The position numbers were made by a program, and so were the translations under genes. A stretch of DNA of 64,000 bases from Octopus sinensis (lineage: Eukaryota). This document shows, piece by piece, positions 23,721-37,548 of this stretch. Numbering within the stretch: the stretch's first letter is position 1; the number at the start of each line of letters is the position of its first letter. Below the pieces are notes generated by a model. It did not search any database. It was not told the origin of the DNA and saw only the letters and a list, made by a program, of their open reading frames with translations. The stretch is from positions 26,970,001 to 27,034,000 of the forward strand of contig NC_043004.1 in the NCBI RefSeq assembly GCF_006345805.1, given 5' to 3'.

Positions 23721-23795
23721 ACTGGTTTCCAGTAAGTTTCTAGGCCACAGAAGTCGCAATGTGTTGGAACATGGAAATGTAAGTTTCCTCCATTG
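23721..23795 (-). CDS. candidate internal exon of unidentified host gene (NGGNLHFHVPTHCDFCGLETYWKP)
   Basis: Strong acceptor TTTTCTTGTTGACTATATTCCAG; phase 2 start matches the preceding exon; donor uncertain (GTATAA, or GTCAGT giving an end at 23709). Confidence 0.45.
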
Positions 23796-24048
23796 CTGGA
23801 ATATAGTCAACAAGAAAATTACACATGGGAACAAAAAAAAAAAATTTTAGAAATACACACATACATACATACAAAACTTAGATATAGAGATACAGATAAG
23901 GAAATAATTTTATTCTCAAATGCAGGGTAATGCTAATAATATAGCATGAACAGGATAAGCTATTCATATTTTGCAGAAAAATATGTCGGCGGCCAGCCAC
24001 GTAGACAAAAATACTGTATATAACAACAAACTCTTACATGCACACACA

Positions 24049-24087
<39 letters not shown>

Positions 24088-24349
24088 CACACACACACAC
24101 ACATACATACATACACACATGAATGTGCAAGCACATTTTGTAAAAGCATGTGCAAAATTTAATGAAAGTATATTGAATTTAGTGCACAATTTAAAGAGAA
24201 GATGCATTTTGCTGCTTACATTTTTATGATATACTTAGAAAACCAAATTCATCTATTTTATGTAATTTTAAGAGTTTCAGATCAGATTCAGTAGCAAAAC
24301 ATGCATGTATCTCAGTTTTTCACTCTTTGCAGACTGTGTTATGTACGTA

Positions 24350-24666
24350 CGTACATACATACATACATACATACATACATACATACATACATACATACAT
24401 ACATGACATACATACATGCATGCATACATACATACATACATACATACATACATACATACATACATACATACATGCATGCATGCATACATACATACATACA
24501 TACATACATACATACATACATACATACATACATACATACATACATACATACATACATACATGCATGCATGCATACATACATACATACATACATACATACA
24601 TACATACATACATACATACATACATACATACATACATACATACATGCATACATACATATATACATA
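24350..24666. repeat. (CATA)n microsatellite
   Basis: Directly visible. Confidence 0.97.
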
Positions 24667-24989
24667 CAAATTACATTTTATGAATAAAAAAATACAAATG
24701 GGTTGAAAATGCACTAAACTTTTATATGCATGTATGTTTAAATATATATTCTTATTTTTTTACATAGAAGAAATAGGGAGAGAGAGAGAGACAGAGAGAG
24801 GATGGCTAGCAATAAAAAAAGTGGTTGTGGAGAAACTGACTACAAAATAGGTCCAATGTCATTTTTTTTTTGTTACATATGCAACATGAAGAGAGATAGA
24901 GTAAGAAAGAATAGTGGTAAGAGGGGACTAACTATGAACAGGCAGCATGTTACAGAGATTTGAAAGAATGTGAATTATGAATGAAAGAA

Positions 24990-27060
24990 TGAAGAAGAGG
25001 TAAGAACTGTAGATGGAGATTTAATGTGGTTCTAGATATGAGGAGGGAACAAAGTTGCTGGAATTTTGTGATGCAAATGACTTACTGGTTTGAAAAAATC
25101 CACTTCAGGAAACTTGCCAGCCAATTGATCAATCTGGTTGGCCCACTGGCTAGACTGATTACATTCTCACCAGAAACAAGGACAGGTGGATGCTTGTGAA
25201 TACAAAATCCTTCCCAGGTGAAGAATGTACAACTCTACATAGGTTAGTGCTTAGCGAATTGCAGCTAGAAGGACCAAGAGACACAGACAAGTATAGAAAA
25301 AGAAGCTGAAGGATCTCTCAAATGGGCAGTCATTTAGAGATACTCTTAATGAAGCATTTGATGAGAAGGAGAAAGAGAGAGACATATGACATAGAAGACA
25401 CTGGAAGTGCTTACAAGATAATCTGCTGAGGGTGGTGACTGACCACATCTGTGGCTGTAGTAAGGTATTTGCCAGGTCAAAAATGATATGGTAGTGGAAA
25501 AGTAGGATAGCAAAAGTCATATCAGGTAGCTAAAAGGGAAGCTAGGTGTCAGGTTTATCTAGCTAGGATAGAAGCAGAAAAAAAGAGGTTTGCCAACAGG
25601 AAAATCAGACACTTGTGGTGATCTGGATTGCTTTGGGAGAGAATTGTGTACATATGGATAACGGTATGCTTGCACTTATTGATTCTGAAAAGAAAGAGGC
25701 ATGGAAGAGCTATTATGAAAGGCTATTAAATGTGGAGAGTGAATGGGAGAAAGGGAATCTCCCTTGTGTGAACTCAACAAAAGGGCTAGCTATTCTAGTC
25801 AACAGCAGTATAACAGACAAGGAAATTAAAGATATGAAGGCAGGATAAATCCCTGGTCCATCAGAAGTCACTGCTGAGATGCTTATAAAAGCAGGTGGAG
25901 TAGGATACAGTCTTGTCACCGTTATAGTTAATCAGTTTATTCAGTCAGGAAGGCATAATTCCCATTGACTGATGTAGCAGCATAATAGTGAGCTGCTACA
26001 AGGGTAAGGGAGATGCCTAAGATAGAAATAATTATAGAGGTATCAAATTGCTGAACCACATGATGAAAGTTACGAAGAGAGTTATAGCTCAATTAATTAG
26101 GAACAGAATTAGACTAGGTGAAATGCAGTTTGGCTTTGTATTGGGAAGAAGTGCTACTGATGCTATTTTCATAGTCAGGCAACTGGAAGAAAAGTTGCCA
26201 TTGTATTTGGCATTTGCTTATCTGGAGATAGCATTCACAGAGCACTTTGCTCTGTGATGTAGTGGTCTTTGAGGAAGTAAGGGATAGACAAATGGCTCAT
26301 GAAAGCACTATTGGCCATGTACAGGGGTGTTGTTAGCAAGATAAGAGTTAGCCATGAGTACAGTGATGAATTTAATGTATGGGTAGTTGTTCATCAAGGC
26401 TCAGTCTTCAGCCCCCACTCCTATTCATCATCATCCTCCAGGCCATAACAGGAATTTAAGACTAGCTGCCCATGGCAACTGCTATATGCTGATAATTTTG
26501 CACTCATAAGAACTAGAAAAAAGTTTCAGGTATGGAAGTAAAAGCTGGATTTGAAAGGCCTTTGCAAAGATCAAGGTCCTAGTAATCAAGAAAACAAACA
26601 AGCCCCTACCCTCTTAAGGTAAATGGCCTTGATAAATATATAGGAAAAGTGCAAGCTATAGACACATAATAGGTGCAGTGGAATAATAGCAGAGAAAGCA
26701 TGAATTTGTTTGTTGAAGATGTACAGGAGCCATAAAGTCTACGGATAGATTGGAAATTGGTTGTCTCAAATGCTCCAGAAGCTCTCTAGAGGAAGTGGAT
26801 AATTTCTGCTACCTAGGTAACACAATTAGCAGTGGAGATGGATGTACAAAAAGTGTAATTGCTTGAATAAGAATAAGATAGAGAAAGTTTAAAGAGATTT
26901 TAACATTGTTGGCTACCAAAGGTCTCTTTCTTTCTCTCTCTCTGAGTGAAAAGAAGATTGTATGATGCATATATATGAACACAATGCTATGTGATAGTGT
27001 GGTGTGGGCGCTGAATGCAGAAGACATGCAGAGACTAGAGAGGAATGAAGCTAATATGAT
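24990..27060 (+). mobile_element. degenerate RTE LINE fragment (endonuclease end and RT)
   Basis: RGIKLL...MQFGFVLGRSATDAIFIVRQL...LYLAFAYLE and the C-terminal WALNAEDMQRLERNEANM; many stops and frameshifts. Confidence 0.88.
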
Positions 27061-27739
27061 ATCCTAAAATCACCTTGGTAATATTTGTCTGTGAGGGGCT
27101 TTGCTCAGCTTCCACCTCCATCGTCCCTGCCCTGTCAAACTTCCCCCCCACATACACACACACATTTCATTTCCTAACACCCATCACTTCTCTGTCATCT
27201 GAGAATAAAATACGCTAGCACTACATCCCCTAGCTTTCTTAGTTATCCCCCCCCAACCATTTCCATTCCCCATTGTCTTGCCCCACCTATCTCTGTCAAT
27301 TATCTCCTTTGTGCCTTCTCCATCTTTAGCACCTCACTTACCTGTAATTAACCCTCAATGCACTCACATATCTACTGCAACCCTGTCCATGAGCCTCTCC
27401 TATATTTCTCACCACCATTTGCCACAGCTATCTCAGTCCCATCCACTCACCCAATCCAAACATCTGTATCATCTCACCTATTTTCATCATCCCCAATGTC
27501 ACTCGAGGGTATATCCTGCTATATCTTCACTATCATCTCTCTCACTGCCATTCCTTTTATCTTACTCACTAACTCACCCTCCTTTCTTTTCCAGATGAAG
27601 TACCCATGTATCTATTCTACAGCAAGACTATCTCTGTCCCTCTGTAACTTTAGTCTCTCAAATGGCAAAGATCCACACCCCCTCAATAATACTCCCATCT
27701 CTCAGTTAAGGGGTTTTTGTCAGTGCTAATACTACATAA

Positions 27740-28323
27740 AAAGTGCCCCATACACTCTGTAAAGTGGTTGGCATGAGGAAGGGCATCCAGCTGTACAAAG
27801 CATACCAAAACAGACAATAGGGCCTGATGCAGCTCCTGACCTTGCCAGCTCTTCTCAGATCATCCATCCCATGCTAACATGCGATGGACGACGACGATGA
27901 CGATGACGACAACGGGACAGATATCCAAATGTATGTATTATCTACATCCCAATCACCAACACAAGTATCATTTTCGCATCTTTTTGCCTCTTTTTGTGAT
28001 GTAACCATTTGTCATGGTATTTTGTCATCTCTTTCATAAGGTTAGATTCCAATTACTTCAAGTGCTTAACGCTTCTTAATACAACTGATATCCCTTTAGC
28101 ACCAACTGATTGTGGCCGATGCCAGACTCCCCTGGCACCTGTGCAGGTGGCACGTAAAAAGCACCCACTACACTCGCGGAGTGGTTGGTGTTAGGAAGGG
28201 CATCCAGCTGTAGAAACACTGCCTGATCAGACTGGAGCCTGGTACAGCCCCTGGCTTCCCAGACCCCAGTCGAACCGTCCAACCCGTGCTAGCACGGAAA
28301 AGAGACGTTTAACGATGATGATA
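27740..28323 (+). mobile_element. two RTE 3' UTR / tail fragments (27740-27910, 28100-28323)
   Basis: GTGGTTGG.....GGAAGGGCATCCAGCTGTA and (GAC/GAT)n tails as in other copies. Confidence 0.75.
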
Positions 28324-28969
28324 TCCATTTCAGCATAGTCTTCTAGCTTGCAAATTGCATCAGATTATTCTTTTATTCAGTTTTTCCATTGGGTTATTTA
28401 TACTCCATTGATCATGCACATCCGCTGGAGTATATTCATTTCATTTTCATTTAACTGCTGCAAAATTATGTGCATTCATTCAAGGCTCAAGTCTCACTGC
28501 TATTTAGTCAAACACTTTCTACTCAAGTATCATACAATTCAGTTTTTATTCTGAGAGAAAAACTCTCTGCCATCAACAGAGATATCAGTTTCCTGACCTT
28601 TGTCCATTCCATTCTTACTTTTACTTCTATATTTTTGCAACACACACCTTCATGCTAATTAGATCATCTAGGTAATTAAACCAATTCTACAGAGACTTCT
28701 GGACATTCTCATAACCAACTGTTCCTGTGTGCCTGCCACATATGGAGTCTACTTCCTCTGGCCAGCTTCCTCTCACCTGCACAATCCCACTATTATTCAA
28801 ATAACTCAGCATAATCTTCTGCATGACAAAGAAACCATGTAGAAACTATGATTAATGACTAATGTTTCAGTGAATTATGTGTGTGTATATGTGTGTGTGT
28901 GTGAGAGAGAGTGTGTGTGTGTGCACATCTATTCCCACCATCATACTACAACTCCTCTCACTACCTCAC

Positions 28970-29071
28970 ATAAAGTCATCATTCTCTCGCTCTCCTGTTC
29001 TCTTTTTCAATAGTGGAGGGATTTTGCCCTGTAAGTTGCTGAGTGACACGAGAAAAGCCCCCCAGTTTATT
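28970..29071 (-). CDS. candidate exon (INWGAFLVSLSNLQGKIPPLLKKRTGERENDDF)
   Basis: Acceptor ...CGCTTTCCAG, donor AT|GTGAGG, 102 nt, phase 2-2, open frame joining the exon at 31611. Confidence 0.6.
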
Positions 29072-29949
29072 CTGGAAAGCGTTTGGTGAATCAAAGAGAG
29101 ACAACACAATATTGAGAGGGTTCTTTAGTTTTGCTGAGGTGACAACATCTGTAGTACTAGTGCCACCACAAAATGTACCAAATACACAATGTAAAGTGAA
29201 TAGTGTTAGCAAAGATATCTCGATGTAGAAACTGCATGAAAACTGAGAAACTGGAGTATGATATAGTCCTTTGATCTTTCAGATCTTTCCAAATTCTCCA
29301 ACCCAAGCCAGTATGGAAAGTGGACATAAAGTGATGATAATGATATGCATGTATGTGTGTATATGTATGAGTGTGTTTACATACAGAGTTGGATAGACAT
29401 ATATATATATGTGGATCATGGACATTTGCGTATCTGTCTACCTGCCCATTTATCTGTCTATTTATTCCTCTATGCAATTACTTTAAGCAATTACTTTTCC
29501 AATTTCTGCTATCGAGGAGATCAATATCTAATAATAATTTCAGCTACAAACCCAATGAAATCACTGATCTGTTTTTCAATAGAAGAAATACTTGCACACA
29601 CACGCACACGTGCACACACACACACTCACACACACACACATGCACACACACAGATCTGAAGAAATGAAGTTTTGTGCTCAGCAATCTTATAGACTGAATT
29701 GAGTCAATGTCATTATGTTCTTAATTTTATGGATTCCAAGGTGAACTTGCCTCAAGAATTACTGAGAACTAAACTTTAAAACGTTTGCTTCCTTATTTTA
29801 TCAAGTTTCTAATCCATTTTATGCGAGTATTTACCAATTTCAGCACACAAATATTACTGCTTACACCATTATTTTTTATAGATAACTAATCATGTATGAA
29901 TAAATTTTGTGTGTACGTGCACATACATGCATACATACATACATACAAA

Positions 29950-30800
29950 CTACAATTTCCATTTGATTTTTATTTTGATGTTGATGTTGATGTAAGGTTA
30001 GCACAGCAGGCCATCCTGCGAGCAATGAATTCACTTCATTTATCAGGTCTTCGCAGTCACAGCATGTCTCCAGAGGTCTAGGTCTTTCGTCATAGCCTCT
30101 GTGAGGCCCAACGTTCGAAGGTCATGCTTGACCACCTCACACCATGTCTTGCTGGGTTTACCTCTACCCCGGAATCCTTCAACAGTTTGGGAGTGCAAAT
30201 CTTCACACATCTCTCCTCCTCCATCAGTAATACATGACCATACCAATGCAAACATCTCTCCTGCACGCCACATCCGATGCTTCTTATGTCCAACATTTCT
30301 CTCTGTTGTGCATGCACACTGACATTACACATCCAGCGGATCATGCTAGCTTCATTTCTTTCGAGCCTAAGCATGTCATCCACAGTCACAGCCCATGTTT
30401 CACTGCCATGAAACATGGCAATTCACACACATATGTTGTACAATCTACATTTCACTCTGAGCGAGAGACCCTTTGTCACCAGTAGGAGTAGGAGCTTTCT
30501 GAACTTTGCCCAGGCTATTCTTATTCTAGTGGTAACACTCTCTGAGCATCCACCCCTATTACTAACTTGGTCACCTAGGTAGTGGAAGCTATTAACTACT
30601 TCTAGTTTCTCCCCCTGGAATGTGATGGAATCTGTTTTCTGAATATCTGTGGTGTGTATTGCCCCTGTGCATCTGCTGCACATGAAAGCTATCTTCTTGG
30701 TTAATTTTCCTTTGATGTTGCTGCACCTCTTATGTGTCCATAGCTTACACTGGGTACATCTTATGGAGTTTCCACTTACACCTTTTCTACAGATCGAGCA
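29950..30800 (-). mobile_element. RTE LINE 3' fragment
   Basis: LEVVNSFHYLGD...RIRIAWAKFRKLL...HGSETWAVTVDDMLRLERNEASMIRWMCNV...GRGKPSKTW. Confidence 0.9.
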
Positions 30801-30994
30801 GGGCCACCTAACTAAGGAGGTGTTATGGTTAAGATAACATTTACAGCTGTTTCAGTTTGTTATTTTTGAGGTAAACATGTGTTTATCTTGTTCCATGTAA
30901 CAAACATCATCAGAATGATTTGAACTTTACCAGAGGAATATTGACAGGAGAAAAAAGTTAAAAAGAAACACACACACACACACATATATATACA

Positions 30995-31060
<66 letters not shown>

Positions 31061-31610
31061 CACATACATGCTCACTCATATATATATATATGTGTGTGTG
31101 TACACTGAAATAAATGAATAAATATATCATGATTAGCATTATTATTAGAATTACCATCAATACAATACTCAAAGAATTTCAAATCTTTTCAGCTAGCTTG
31201 AATAGAATTTCAAGTGACCTTGGCATTAACATCTGACAATACTTGATATTCATCAAATCACTTTAGAAAATAAATAAAGTGAACAAGAAGAATCTAAAAG
31301 AACAAAAGAAAAAACATGCACAAAAAAACCCCCACAAAATCTTGCAATATGTCATTGTTATTTCGTATCATTGATATAGCTCTGTCGCTTTTGAAAATGT
31401 CAGAAACACAAATGTGACAAGTTATTAATAAATTATTTCCCTTCTTTCTTTCTTTCCTTCTTCATCTAGTTATTTATTTACTGTGTATTCTTGTTTTTCT
31501 GTTTGTAAAAGGACAATAGAACTATGATGTAGAAGTACAACAAATACTACTGATTGCTTTAATTAGAATTCAGATTCAGGAAAACTGGAAGCCAATCTTC
31601 AGTATAATAC

Positions 31611-31681
31611 AGTTTTTCTGAAGGATTCCGTCTGTCTTCAGAGATCATTGAATCAATCAATAGAAGGCATGTGTTAGGAAG
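31611..31681 (-). CDS. candidate exon (LPNTCLLLIDSMISEDRRNPSEK)
   Basis: Strong acceptor TTTTACTTTCATATTTCCAG, donor CT|GTATTA, 71 nt, phase 0-2, compatible with both neighbours. Confidence 0.65.
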
Positions 31682-32114
31682 CTGGAAATATGAAAGTAAA
31701 ATTTTTCACTTCTTGTTGTGTACTATTTGTTTGACAATGTCTCTTTGACTCCCATCCTTTTTAAGTGCATTGTTCCTACAACTTAATTTCTAATCAAACT
31801 TTATAGTTTGGTCTATAATTGTTTTATATGAAATGATATTGAACAGTGTGATAAGGTGCAGGTAGAGAGAATGAGTAGATCAGATATAGACCTCCCAGAA
31901 CAAACTTACTGAATACATATTGTATATTTGGACATCCCATTTAATACATGTGTAAAAGCCACAAAGTAGAACAAATTGACAAGAATGCTGACATTTGGAG
32001 AAGACTTTTCTCAGAAATACAATATTTAAAATATATTGATATAAGTACTAAGAATTTTTTTCCTTTTCGTAAAGCAACCACAATTAAGATGTTTCACAGT
32101 ACTGCACAAAATAC

Positions 32115-32279
32115 CTTTGTCCTTAGATTTGGTAAGAACTCAATTTCATGTTGTGCTTCCCAGTCAGTAACATCAATGTTGATTTGTCTTTGTCCTCTAT
32201 CAGAATGCAGGAATCTCCAAAATATAACATCTGATATGGTCTGTTGTATAACAGAAAAGCAAGAGTCAGCAAAACTAAC
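32115..32279 (-). CDS. candidate exon (VSFADSCFSVIQQTISDVIFWRFLHSDRGQRQINIDVTDWEAQHEIEFLPNLRTK)
   Basis: Acceptor ...CTCAACACAG, donor AAG|GTATTT, 165 nt, phase 0-0, protein-like composition. Confidence 0.7.
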
Positions 32280-32399
32280 CTGTGTTGAGTAACAGTAGTA
32301 GAGTTGGGGCGGAATGTGTCCATATATCTCCACTTCACTTTTGTGTTCAGACCATGAAATGTTTTGAACCATCATGAGAAATCTAGTGTATGTACTAAT

Positions 32400-32790
32400 T
32401 TTGATGCTCCTTCTTAGTCCAGATTTCAGCTGATTAAAAACAAATGCATTCTCTACACATGCTGAATAAGGCCAGCCTTGTTGACTTTGAAATATTTAAT
32501 TGCCAGATGTTTTGAATCTTGTTACAGTTACTCCGGGCTAGTTCCTCGTGTATCAAGAAGGCTTTCTTACAGTCAGCAGGTACTTTAAGTTACTGACCTT
32601 ATGAGTTGTGTGTTATAATTGGTACAAATTAACAGGTGGCTTTCATCTTCATTGATGGTTATGTATTCAGTCTTCTTTGCATTGATAAACAGACTGACAT
32701 GAACTGCAGCATTCTCAAAGGATGTTAACAAATCACACAGTGAGGGCAAGATCATCAGCATAGTAAGGTTGGGGAGAAGCAAGCTCTGCT
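32400..32790 (-). mobile_element. old RTE/RTE-X LINE RT fragment
   Basis: YADDLAL, FENAAVHVSLFINAKKTEY and NLKYL motifs. Confidence 0.7.
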
Positions 32791-33368
32791 GACAACACGA
32801 TTGCTTCTGATTGATGGTGTGGCCTTTCTCTCAAATGCTGAGTGTAGTACACAATCACAAGAGGAAAAAAATTACAGTGACTTACTGAAGGATTCTTGTT
32901 GTGATTGGAAATTCTTTGTTTGAGCCTGCAGCGAGTAAGGAAAGCTATTTTTGTTATGTCATAGTGCAGTTGTGCTATTGCATACACCAGCTAATCAGGG
33001 CTGGATGCATATGAATACTAGAGGTAGTTCTCTGCCTATGAAGAGAAGTGGGAGTTTTAAGCAGTTAGTGAAAAGATGGCGGAGCAAACAACATCCCTCT
33101 TTCAACATAGAACAGCTATTGTTTTTTTTATGACTAACTTCATGCAGCTAACTCTGAGTTATATTGGCTCTTGATTTGTCACCTCTTGAACAGCTTATTT
33201 CATTTATACTAACTTTTCTCCACAAAATTCTAGATGACATCAGCCACAAATCTACATCATAATGAACAGTATGTTTTCGTTGATGCTAGCTCTATTCCTA
33301 TTAGCTTGTAATGACATACAACTGAATCTATTGTTCAAATGTAATACATAATGCTTTCCCTGACTCAC

Positions 33369-33424
33369 ATACATACAGGATACACTCTTTAACTTGTTAG
33401 CTAGCTCTTGTAATAATTTAATAA
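33369..33424 (-). CDS. candidate exon (IKLLQELANKLKSVSCMY)
   Basis: Acceptor AATTATTTTAG, strong donor TAT|GTGAGT, 56 nt, phase 1-0, compatible with the exon at 32279. Confidence 0.55.
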
Positions 33425-33519
33425 CTAAAATAATTTTTTTTAAAATTGCCTTCTGATATTCCATTACACATACTTCTCAAAAGTGCATTTACTGGACTTT
33501 TCCATGAACACTTTCATAC

Positions 33520-33882
33520 TTTAAATTAGTGACCACACTCACTAGAAGCCTTTGGGCCTCAGAGGCAAGGTGACTGAGTTCCTTTCGAGTGTTGAGCCTC
33601 ACAGAGGCAATGACCAAGACCTTTGGTATTACATCATGCTTGAGAAGAAGACTCATCAAGCTGAGCAAAATCGCAGTAGTGGCAGATACGGGTGCCATGC
33701 AAATTGGCACCCATGCCAATGGTATGTAAATGCACCCATTACACTCTCAAAGTGGTTGGTGTTAGGAAGGGCATCCAACCATAGATAACCATGCCAATTC
33801 AGACTGGAGTCTGGTGCAACCTTCCAGTATGCCAGCCCAGTCAAACTGTCCAACCTATGCCAGCATAGACAACGGATGTTAA

Positions 33883-33915
<33 letters not shown>
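33520..33915 (+). mobile_element. RTE LINE 3' end with (GAT)n tail
   Basis: Same 3' UTR motifs as 8455-8992. Confidence 0.8.
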
Positions 33916-33935
<20 letters not shown>

Positions 33936-35294
33936 GAAGGCTGGAAACGTTTTCGAACATGATGATAATGGCTTAGCTACTCACATCAGGTATGCCATAG
34001 CCCCAAACCATTTTGGTTGCATTTCAGGATGGGATCAATGTGAGGGGAAATTCTATGAAGTAGCATGGAGTTGTAAGATCTTTGAGGTGACAGTTGGGAG
34101 TGTAATTCCTCTACAATTCTGAGGCAAATGAAGATTACCTTTGTTTGGCAGTGGAATAATAGTAGCTTCAAAGGAGGCTGTTGGTTTGTTTAGATTTTGT
34201 TGCAGAAGTTCAACAGATGTTTGTGGAAGAAGGGACTCTTCCAGATGATGACTGGGATGTTATCTAGACATGGTGCCTGGTTCTTTCTTAAATCTTTTAA
34301 GCACTTTTAAGCTCTTCGATGGTTAATGGGACAGTCTTGGTTGGCAGGTTATTTACTATATCATTGTTGAAGAATGGCTTTGCCATCAAGTCTACTGGTG
34401 TGTGGCTCTGTTTCATCAAGAGACAATCTCTGGATGTAAGCTGCCATCAGTCAGGAAAGGCACACATCTCATTTCCTACAATACTAAAGATGAGCTTATG
34501 AAAATCCTAAGTCACATTAGTAATATGCATACATATCTAGGGGCCTCTGTTACTTAGGTCAAAGGACAGCCAAGACCTGTATGTCTTTGGGAGACAAGTA
34601 AGTACAAAAGTTATCAAAAGTGTCAGTAATGCTAAATCCAAAAGCTTTAATAGGATTTTATCCATCAGCTTCTTAAATTCTGCTGCTCATGAAGACAAAT
34701 AATGTTTTCTGTCATATTTGGATGTCCATCTACTCTTCACACACTGGTGTAAAGACTGAGAGAGGTGTTACTAGCTTACTCACCAGTGGTCAAACTATGG
34801 GACTAATAGTACTGGTCAATGTAATAACAAGTTGCAGATTATTTACTATCTGCATCTAGTTTGATAAATTGGCTGGCATAAACATGTTAATAAACAATTT
34901 TCTCCTAAAAAATTCTATTCCTTAACTGTACAGTCCTTCATTACACTTTTCTACAACGATATATATTTGAATATTTTACTAAATGTTAGGAGAATTTATG
35001 TTTCTCCCAAAAGTATATAAATTTCTAAATTTTACTTAATGTTTCCTTGTGCTCTGTTTTTTTTATTTACTAGATATTAAGTATTAGCCACTATTGTTGT
35101 AGTAAAGAGCGATTTGGCATTTTACATATGGGCAATTTAACTGCAAAAGACTGTAAAATACTATACAGAAGAAAATATATTTCTTATGTTTAATTCTATG
35201 AAACTAGAGTAGCACCTCTTCTGGGAATCTATGAGATTTTTGAAGGATATTAATTGATTGTATTTCCCAAGAGTATTGGTTACTGAATTCTAAA

Positions 35295-35335
<41 letters not shown>

Positions 35336-35869
35336 ATAGATGAATATGTATATGTACATATATATGAATAATTTTGTATTTATATGCACATATACATGTG
35401 TGTGTGTGTGATACAGCATTGTCTCATCTGCTATTTAACATTATACAGAAATAGCTACATCCACGTGCTAAACCTTGTAATATTAGATAATAATTATCTT
35501 CATGGCTCAAATATGTTAATAGCTGATGCTTTTTATTTTTATAAAACATTTAATAGGAAAGGAAATGTACTTTCATTTCTCAGGTCTTTTGATAAGATCA
35601 TTGAAATTGAAAAAGTTTGTATTGGGAAGGAAATTAACCAAAAAAATTCAATGATAATTATGGAATAAAGATTAAACACAAGACAGGTTTTGGAATCAGG
35701 TGTTTTTGCAACATAATTTCTGTCTAACTATAATTTTTGTATCCCTATAAGAGATGTATGTGAATATGTTTGATACAAGATGAGACATAGGTCACAGTCA
35801 TTGTAGAAGTTTTACGTTGGTGGGTGGGCTGTTGCTGATATTCAATCATTTTGCAACCATAGCTCTGTG

Positions 35870-36048
35870 GAAATGCCTTGGTTTCAATTAATTCTAAAAA
35901 TAATGAAGAATTTAGTAAAATAACTTTGGCATTATTATGCTGGTGTTTGGAACATAAATTAACAGGGAATTTTAATTATAATAATTTTGAAACAAGAAGT
36001 TTGTATTAGAGTGAAGCATGGTCTCGGGTAGGTGGGTATCAAGAGGAT
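35870..36048 (-). mobile_element. diverged copy of the TTAA-type MITE at 42996
   Basis: Shares AATTTATGTTCC.AACAC.AGC..AATAAT...AAGTTATTTTACTAAATTCTT in reverse orientation. Confidence 0.6.
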
Positions 36049-37548
36049 TAGTAGGAAATTTATAAACTGATGTCTGCCATTGTGACAGCAAAGTAGTTCC
36101 AGAGAATTGGAATTCCACAAAGGAAGGATTTAGCTAAGGGTTTGTCAGGTATCATGTTGCAGGCAGACAGGGTCATTGGCTGGGCATGAATGAATAAGCT
36201 CTTAGTATAGATGAGCCACTAATGTAGCAAAAATTGGAGAGATGTTGGAAAGATACAGAACATGTGTGTTGGTAAGTGAAGAATTGTCTATCAGTCAGAT
36301 GGTCACTTATGGATACAGACTAAAATGTTTGTGTGTTTAGGCTACATGCAACATGTGGTGTTCAACAGTCTATTGCATATTATAATCTTCTTGATGAGTT
36401 CATTGGTGTAGAGTAAAAAGAGTCTCCAATAAAACAAACAGTTATGGGATTCACCTCTATACACAACTTATAATCTCTTGTGAGAAAGAAGGAGCATTTG
36501 TAAACGTTCCCTCTTTGTCTCAAGAAATTGTAAGTTATTCAACCTGCTAAAAATATGAACCAAATCCATACTCTTCTATCTTAAGAAGGAAGAACATCTA
36601 GGACACAATATAACTGTATTTTGGAATATATTGTAACTGAAAGTTTTGGTGGAAAGTTCATCAGAGGAATATATTTGACCATAGGTCTGCTCAGTCAGGA
36701 CCAACTTAGAGACAATCAATGATGCAATTTTTTACTTCTCTTCTTTTATATATATGAAGTCTGTATCTTTCATTATAGCAGAATCAATGAAATGAATTAT
36801 GTTACGGTAGTTTGTCACTGTGAGTTCAAATTCTACCCTGATCCATTTTGGCTTTCATCCTTTACAGATCAATAAAGCAAGTTTTACAATGAATGTAAAC
36901 AACTATACTTTAGAAAATGGTGCTCCAGTATGGTCACAGAACTATTGCAGAAACATTTAAAAGAATAAATGATGTCTCCTTTATTATAATGTATATATTT
37001 ATTGTTATTAATGTTATCCTCAGTAGCAGCAGCAGCAGCATAATTGTTGCCATCATTATTAGCATAATCATCATCTCCCTCCTCCTTCTCTCCTCCTTCT
37101 TTGCTTCAGCATCATTGTCATCGTCATCTTTATCACTGTTATTGTTGTTGTCATCATTATCATTATCATCACTTTACATCTATTTTTACATTCTTACATG
37201 AGTTAGATGAGTTTTCCCCAACAAAGTTTCCTACCATATGTTTTGGTCCCTTTTTATGTCCTTGTGAGGTCCATACCCTGAGACCAGCTGTCACCTCTTC
37301 TTACAAAATTCCTTGGTCATCCTCTTCTGCAAGCTTGTCCCTTTCTATCCCATACAATGAAGGAAGCCCCTCTCTAATTGCTCTACTGTCCTGAAATAAC
37401 AGTTAAGTTTCCATCAAGACACAGTTATTATGTAAGACAGGACACATTTCATAACATAGTCCTACATGTTGCTAAACTGAGAAGATAATCATAGTTGGAA
37501 TACCTTTAGTTAAGGTTTCTCAATAAAGTTCAACCTAGGGTTTAAATA

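Noticed and set aside
29019-29035. Plus-strand 17-nt microexon with strong AG and GTAAGT
   Set aside because: The pyrimidine tract is the mirror of purine-rich codons in the phase-compatible minus-strand exon.
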